From positions 1 through 11,692 of IMG/VR virus record IMGVR_UViG_2778261223_000024: 11,692 bases of DNA, one strand, 5' to 3'. How positions within the stretch are numbered: position 1 is the stretch's first letter; every line of letters begins with the position of its first letter. Of this stretch, positions 8,334 through 11,692 are shown piece after piece. This stretch comes from a virus. Lineage: Duplodnaviria; Heunggongvirae; Uroviricota; Caudoviricetes. Below the pieces are notes generated by a model. The model did not search any database and was not told where the DNA came from. It saw nothing but the letters and a program-made list of their open reading frames with translations. The position numbers and the translations under genes are program-made.

Positions 8334-8363
8334 ATAAAGAAAAGGCGGGCAATCTGCCCGCCT
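8334..8363 (-). terminator. Rho-independent terminator after the 230-aa cargo gene
   Basis: Minus-strand stem AGGCGGGC/GCCCGCCT with loop AGATT followed by TTTTCTTTAT. It separates the cargo transcript from the FI late promoter region. Confidence 0.55.
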
Positions 8364-8498
8364 GTCCTGATTTGTACACACTCATTTTCCGACTGACAAT
8401 TTACATAGCCAAAACGCTATCAAATCTGACAGCCTGTTTTGAGCGAAGAGGAACCTGAGATTGTGGTATGCTAATTTATGGGGAGCAGGTCAATTGTA

Positions 8499-9191
8499 TT
8501 AGTTATCTTTTGGCCTTTCTTTATCCCATTTCTTTACAGTGGTCTGATACCACTCTTCACGTGCTCGTTGTTCCTCTGCTCTGTCACTTGAATTATAGTT
8601 GTCTGTTTTAATTTTTTTGCTTCCCTGGGAAATCGGCCTCCAGTCTTCTCTAATCTTTTTCATCTGCTCAGCTATCTGTGTCATTGGACTCCTTGCACCT
8701 AAGTAGCTAACCCCCTCGAAAGAAGCCATATCATAAGAATACTCATTCCGCTCTCTTTCAGTTGAGCCCGGCTGTTTAGACCAGCTAATACTAACAGAAT
8801 AAACTTGATCTTTAATCTGGTCATACTTACAAAGACTGCTGTTGAGGGAATGGCCGTTTTTCAATACGCTAACCTTGCTAAATGGTATACCTTTATTTTT
8901 TCTATGTTCTGCATTAACCAGTGGGGGATTAAATTCGACTTCAATATCATAGGCTGGGGCATTTCCGGTATTAGCAATATTGATATCAAAATAAAAAGCA
9001 GCCCAAGAATTTGGTTCAAGAGTCACAACGACATGAGGTTGAACTGATGCGTCAACCATCCTTTTTGTCTCGTCTGCTAATAGCCTTGTTACTCTCCACA
9101 AGAAAAATGTAGCAACTGCTGTTAGCAATGCTGCCAAAGCGGAGATAAGTGTACTTACTGTGTTTATATGCTCTGCGATAAATTCGATCAT
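8499..9191 (-). CDS. Hypothetical membrane-anchored protein, 230 aa (cargo gene 1); family not recognised
   Basis: ATG at 9191..9189 with an AAGGA Shine-Dalgarno 6 nt upstream. One hydrophobic helix at residues about 12..33 (TVSTLISALAALLTAVATFFLW), then a roughly 150-aa soluble domain and a highly charged K/E/R-rich C-terminal tail. AT-rich codon usage unlike the adjacent tail genes. Confidence 0.75.
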   Translation of the reverse strand: MIEFIAEHINTVSTLISALAALLTAVATFFLWRVTRLLADETKRMVDASVQPHVVVTLEPNSWAAFYFDINIANTGNAPAYDIEVEFNPPLVNAEHRKNKGIPFSKVSVLKNGHSLNSSLCKYDQIKDQVYSVSISWSKQPGSTERERNEYSYDMASFEGVSYLGARSPMTQIAEQMKKIREDWRPISQGSKKIKTDNYNSSDRAEEQRAREEWYQTTVKKWDKERPKDN

Positions 9192-9612
9192 GAGTTGTCC
9201 TTGGGGGCGTACTAATTGTTTTCAATACTAAAATAGCGCCGGGCTTGAAAAATTGCACACTTATGGTTCGATTTACCTCAACAGTTAAGGCTTCTACTTC
9301 CCCCATGCACCTCACCCAGCCCAAGACTGTATGAGGTCTGACAAAGAACTTCCTGACACTTGAAAACGAGGCAACGGCTAGGGTTTCTCGTAGGGCAAGG
9401 ATTGAATACGAAGCCTGTATATTGCTCCGCAAACGCTGCTGAGGGCAGTTTAAATGTTGGGCGTTTATGTAGCCTTTCACTCACCAGCATGAGTTCAATG
9501 TCTGTGAGTTACCGACAACAATATAAAGGGGGTGGCATCATCATATATCCAAGCTAGAGTCAAATCCTCTAACTGGTTTTATGATCAGTGTCAATTGTTT
9601 GATTATTGAACG

Positions 9613-9641
9613 TTTACGAAGCAGCACGGGAGCCATATAAC
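9613..9641 (+). promoter_or_regulatory. Candidate sigma70 promoter of the two-gene cargo operon
   Basis: TTTACG (-35, 9613..9618), 17-nt spacer, TATAAC (-10, 9636..9641). The predicted start near 9648 leaves a roughly 35-nt leader before the 9683 ATG. Confidence 0.45.
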
Positions 9642-9682
9642 TAATGGGCAGGTATAAGCCTGTATCACGAGGAATCAGTATA

Positions 9683-9862
9683 ATGGCTGATGATAAGACC
9701 AAAATCGGTACCCCTGACAATGATTTAATAAGTATCAAACAGGATTACGAGAGACGTGATTGGGCTGAAAAGTTTGGAGTTAGCGAGGCCAAACTTGTTC
9801 AAGCCGTACAGGCTGTAGGTCATTCGGCTAAGAAAGTACAGGCATGGCTTAAAGACCATTAA
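9683..9862 (+). CDS. DUF3606-like small protein, 59 aa (cargo gene 2)
   Basis: MADDKTKIGTPDNDLISIKQDYERRDWAEKFGVSEAKLVQAVQAVGHSAKKVQAWLKDH resembles the short DUF3606 family as I recall it (N-terminal MxDDKxK and a YExRxWxxKFG core); unverified. GAGGA Shine-Dalgarno 9 nt upstream. An alternative in-frame ATG at 9644 (72 aa) would lie upstream of the predicted transcription start. Confidence 0.7.
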   Translation: MADDKTKIGTPDNDLISIKQDYERRDWAEKFGVSEAKLVQAVQAVGHSAKKVQAWLKDH

Positions 9863-9868
9863 TATATG

Positions 9869-9893
9869 AGCGCCTTTCTAGGCGCTTTTTTCT
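9869..9893 (+). terminator. Intra-operon rho-independent terminator / attenuator
   Basis: Stem AGCGCC/GGCGCT (9869..9874 and 9881..9886) with loop TTTCTA followed by TTTTTTC, lying between the two cargo genes. Confidence 0.55.
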
Positions 9894-9914
9894 TTGTCCT
9901 TTGGGAGATGATTT

Positions 9915-10193
9915 ATGGCTAATAATTTATTTATTACTTACGACCTCATTAAAACGAAAGATTATGCGGCTGTGTATGATGCAATTAAATCTTTAGGAAA
10001 TTGGGCTTTAACAACTGAATCGAACTGGTATGTTAACTGTAGTTACTCTGCCGAGGATGCAGCCAAAATTGTGAGGGCGGTCATGGATAGTGATGATAAG
10101 CTTATTGTTGTAGACGCAACCAATAACTCAGCTTATTGGTACAATCTCTCAGATGAAGTTAGTAACCAAATTCTGACTGAGTGGAACAAGTAA
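9915..10193 (+). CDS. Hypothetical small protein, 92 aa (cargo gene 3); family not recognised
   Basis: ATG at 9915 with a GGGAGA Shine-Dalgarno 6-7 nt upstream, stop TAA at 10191..10193. The residue pattern suggests alternating strands and helices (LFITYDL / YAAVYDAIKSLG / WYVNCSY / AAKIVRAVM / KLIVVDA / AYWYNL), reminiscent of small ferredoxin-like folds; this is inference from primary sequence only. Confidence 0.7.
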   Translation: MANNLFITYDLIKTKDYAAVYDAIKSLGNWALTTESNWYVNCSYSAEDAAKIVRAVMDSDDKLIVVDATNNSAYWYNLSDEVSNQILTEWNK

Positions 10194-10195
10194 TT

Positions 10196-10220
10196 AAAGG
10201 GGGTGGGTAGCCCCCTTTAA
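10196..10220. terminator. Bidirectional terminator hairpin closing the cargo operon and the G transcript
   Basis: Perfect 8-bp stem AAAGGGGG/CCCCCTTT with a 7-nt loop, flanked by A/T-rich sequence on both sides. It sits where the plus-strand cargo operon and the minus-strand G transcript converge. Confidence 0.5.
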
Positions 10221-10396
10221 TTCAGAAACTATCATTACTGGGTTAATTCTTTCATCTTTGCTCCCTTGCTATATGTCCTGAAAGCGTCCTTTTTAGCCTT
10301 CTGCTCAGTATGTCCGGTAATGGCACAGAGCGGACTGCCAGATTAGGCTTTACTCTGTGCCATAGATATGTAATCTCACACCAGAGCTTATACAAC

Positions 10397-10924
10397 TTAT
10401 TGCGGCATTTCCGGCCATTCAGGATTTGCAGGATCCACACGACTGACCAAAACGCTGTAGCGTTCCCAAGCCTCCAGCCGTGTGCGCTCCTCCTCTGTTG
10501 CCATATTCAGCCTGACAGCGCGCTCCAGCGGCAAAATCACGGATTCAGCATCTGCAAGAAGTCTGGCTTTCCGAATTTCTGCCTGCTGTTGTAATTCCTC
10601 TGCCGTATAAATGCGTTTAATCACTTTGCCGTCCTTAAACATCCAGTTCCCTGAAATGTCCGCCCGTCGGTTAGCAGTAATATCCGGCACTTCAACAACA
10701 CTTAATCCATCCGGTCTGATAGCTGTCACATCCTTTTCTACATAGCGGATAATATTATCTTTGTCGTACGCTATTTTTATCGTGTCATCAGCAAAATACT
10801 TTTGTTCTTCGTACCAGTTCTTACCATCTTCTGTAAAAAACCAGACAACATCAAAGTCCTTTGTCAATTGATATTGTTCAACCGTTTTTGGATTACCTGC
10901 CGTTATATTTATCAAATGCTGCAT
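10397..10924 (-). CDS. G: Tail fibre assembly protein G, 175 aa
   Basis: ATG at 10924..10922 three nt after the H stop. The C-terminal ...[38 protein letters not shown] is typical of P2-type tail-fibre assembly chaperones, and the length matches P2 gpG. Confidence 0.85.
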   Translation of the reverse strand: MQHLINITAGNPKTVEQYQLTKDFDVVWFFTEDGKNWYEEQKYFADDTIKIAYDKDNIIRYVEKDVTAIRPDGLSVVEVPDITANRRADISGNWMFKDGKVIKRIYTAEELQQQAEIRKARLLADAESVILPLERAVRLNMATEEERTRLEAWERYSVLVSRVDPANPEWPEMPQ

Positions 10925-10927
10925 AAA

Positions 10928-11692
10928 TTATACCTGCGCCACGTTGTACCATGTCCCGTTAATGTATTTCTGAACCGGTCTGTAATATACGCCACCAATG
11001 TTATCGGCAGAGTTTGAGCCGGTATCCTGAACAATAATGCCGGAATATACACACCCGGACGGTGCCTGATGTGTCCATGTCATGCCATTGTTCGCAGGTT
11101 TGTATGTGGCAGCACCACCAAGCCGGATATCCCGGACATAGCGTGAATCAAAATTACTATAGTTAGATGGTGATACCTGCCCGTTAACAGCAAAAGTGAT
11201 GCTGTTATCTGTATTTCTCTGACTGTAAAAATGCCAGCCTGCATCATCACCTAATTCAGCCACCACCGGACGACTTGCGTTTCCCCACAAATTGAATGCG
11301 GCTTCCTTCGTGGATGTATTGCTGCTGCTGACCGTGAACTTTTTCCCGCTACCGGCACGTACTTTGGTACTTGAGGCAATATCACCAGTAACACTCAGGC
11401 CATGCCCCATTGACACTCCGCCATTAGCGTTATTGATAGTCAGCGGCCTTAAACCGTTCCATGTCCCAAATTTATCACCAGAGGCCGTCAGCATTAAATA
11501 TGTGCTGCCACCATCATTCCTGATAAAGAATCCATAATTGCCATAAGCAATGCGCAGACCATTAGCACTGAGTAGACTGGCCCCCTGAATCTCCAGACAA
11601 CCAGTATCACTTAAATAAGTGATAGTCTTAATACTAGTTTTTAGACTAGTCATTGGAGAACAGATGATTGATGTCTTAGGGCCGGAGAAACG
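10928..11692 (-). CDS. H: Tail fibre protein H, C-terminal part (5' end lies beyond the window)
   Basis: Stop TAA at 10930..10928. The frame is open to the window edge (no stop in the 13 codons upstream of the first in-frame Met), so the gene is truncated by the window. Gly/Ser/Asn/Thr-rich beta-type composition, typical of receptor-binding fibre tips. Confidence 0.8.
   Translation of the reverse strand, partial: RFSGPKTSIICSPMTSLKTSIKTITYLSDTGCLEIQGASLLSANGLRIAYGNYGFFIRNDGGSTYLMLTASGDKFGTWNGLRPLTINNANGGVSMGHGLSVTGDIASSTKVRAGSGKKFTVSSSNTSTKEAAFNLWGNASRPVVAELGDDAGWHFYSQRNTDNSITFAVNGQVSPSNYSNFDSRYVRDIRLGGAATYKPANNGMTWTHQAPSGCVYSGIIVQDTGSNSADNIGGVYYRPVQKYINGTWYNVAQV

Larger units (their letters stand above)
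1507..11692 (-). mobile_element. P2-like (Peduovirus-type) prophage, right arm; continues beyond the window end
   Basis: Gene order ogr-D-U-T-E'-E-FII-FI-[cargo]-G-H on the minus strand is colinear with the P2 late region, with protein lengths of 72, 387, 159, 815, 91, 172, 396 and 175 aa. The segment begins at the att core next to cyaR. Confidence 0.85.

Noticed and set aside
8805-9047. 80-aa plus-strand ORF antisense to the 230-aa cargo gene
   Set aside because: Entirely inside the better-supported minus-strand gene and without a Shine-Dalgarno; a cis-antisense gene cannot be fully excluded but nothing supports it.
9264-9282. GGTTCGATTT motif resembling a tRNA T-loop
   Set aside because: Flanking sequence does not form a T-stem or any cloverleaf arms; no tRNA is supported.
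9052-9738. ORFs 9052..9480(-), 9278..9490(-), 9360..9557(+) and 9541..9738(-) in the cargo intergenic region
   Set aside because: Non-ATG starts (GTG/TTG), overlap with the real start of the 230-aa gene or with the small-gene promoter, no ribosome-binding sites, and unprotein-like Arg/Ser-rich composition; treated as non-coding.
10252-10594. ORFs 10252..10440(-) and 10310..10594(+) at the 3' end of G
   Set aside because: They start inside or antisense to G in another frame, and the Arg/Lys-rich translation looks like noise. A 6-codon mini-ORF with a GGGAG Shine-Dalgarno was also seen on the minus strand (ATG at 10256..10254) but is too short to call.
10802-11537. Plus-strand ORFs 10802..11017 and 11292..11537 antisense to G and H
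   Set aside because: Antisense to well-supported tail-fibre genes; no independent support.
1-11692. CRISPR array, retron, diversity-generating retroelement or integrase within the window
   Set aside because: No spaced direct-repeat array, no reverse-transcriptase-like ORF and no recombinase ORF is present; the P2 integrase would lie at the other prophage end, outside this window.

Overview
The window runs from a chromosomal locus (yegQ/trhP and the CRP-dependent sRNA CyaR) into the right arm of a P2-like prophage that appears integrated at the 3' end of cyaR. The prophage part, all on the minus strand, is: ogr, the contiguous tail operon FI-FII-E(E+E')-T-U-D, tail-fibre assembly gene G and the 3' part of tail-fibre gene H (cut by the window edge). 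Every phage protein has the length I recall for its P2 counterpart, and the E/E' -1 frameshift site (TTTTTTG) is present. The main candidate for an undescribed system is a ~2.1 kb AT-rich cargo insert between G and FI (about 8240..10396), the position where P2 carries the Z/fun moron. It holds three uncharacterised genes in two divergent, terminator-insulated units: a 230-aa protein with an N-terminal transmembrane helix, and a two-gene operon (59-aa DUF3606-like protein plus a 92-aa protein), separated by ~490 bp of ORF-free DNA. All identifications rest on reading the sequence and recall of known families; no database search or folding was run.
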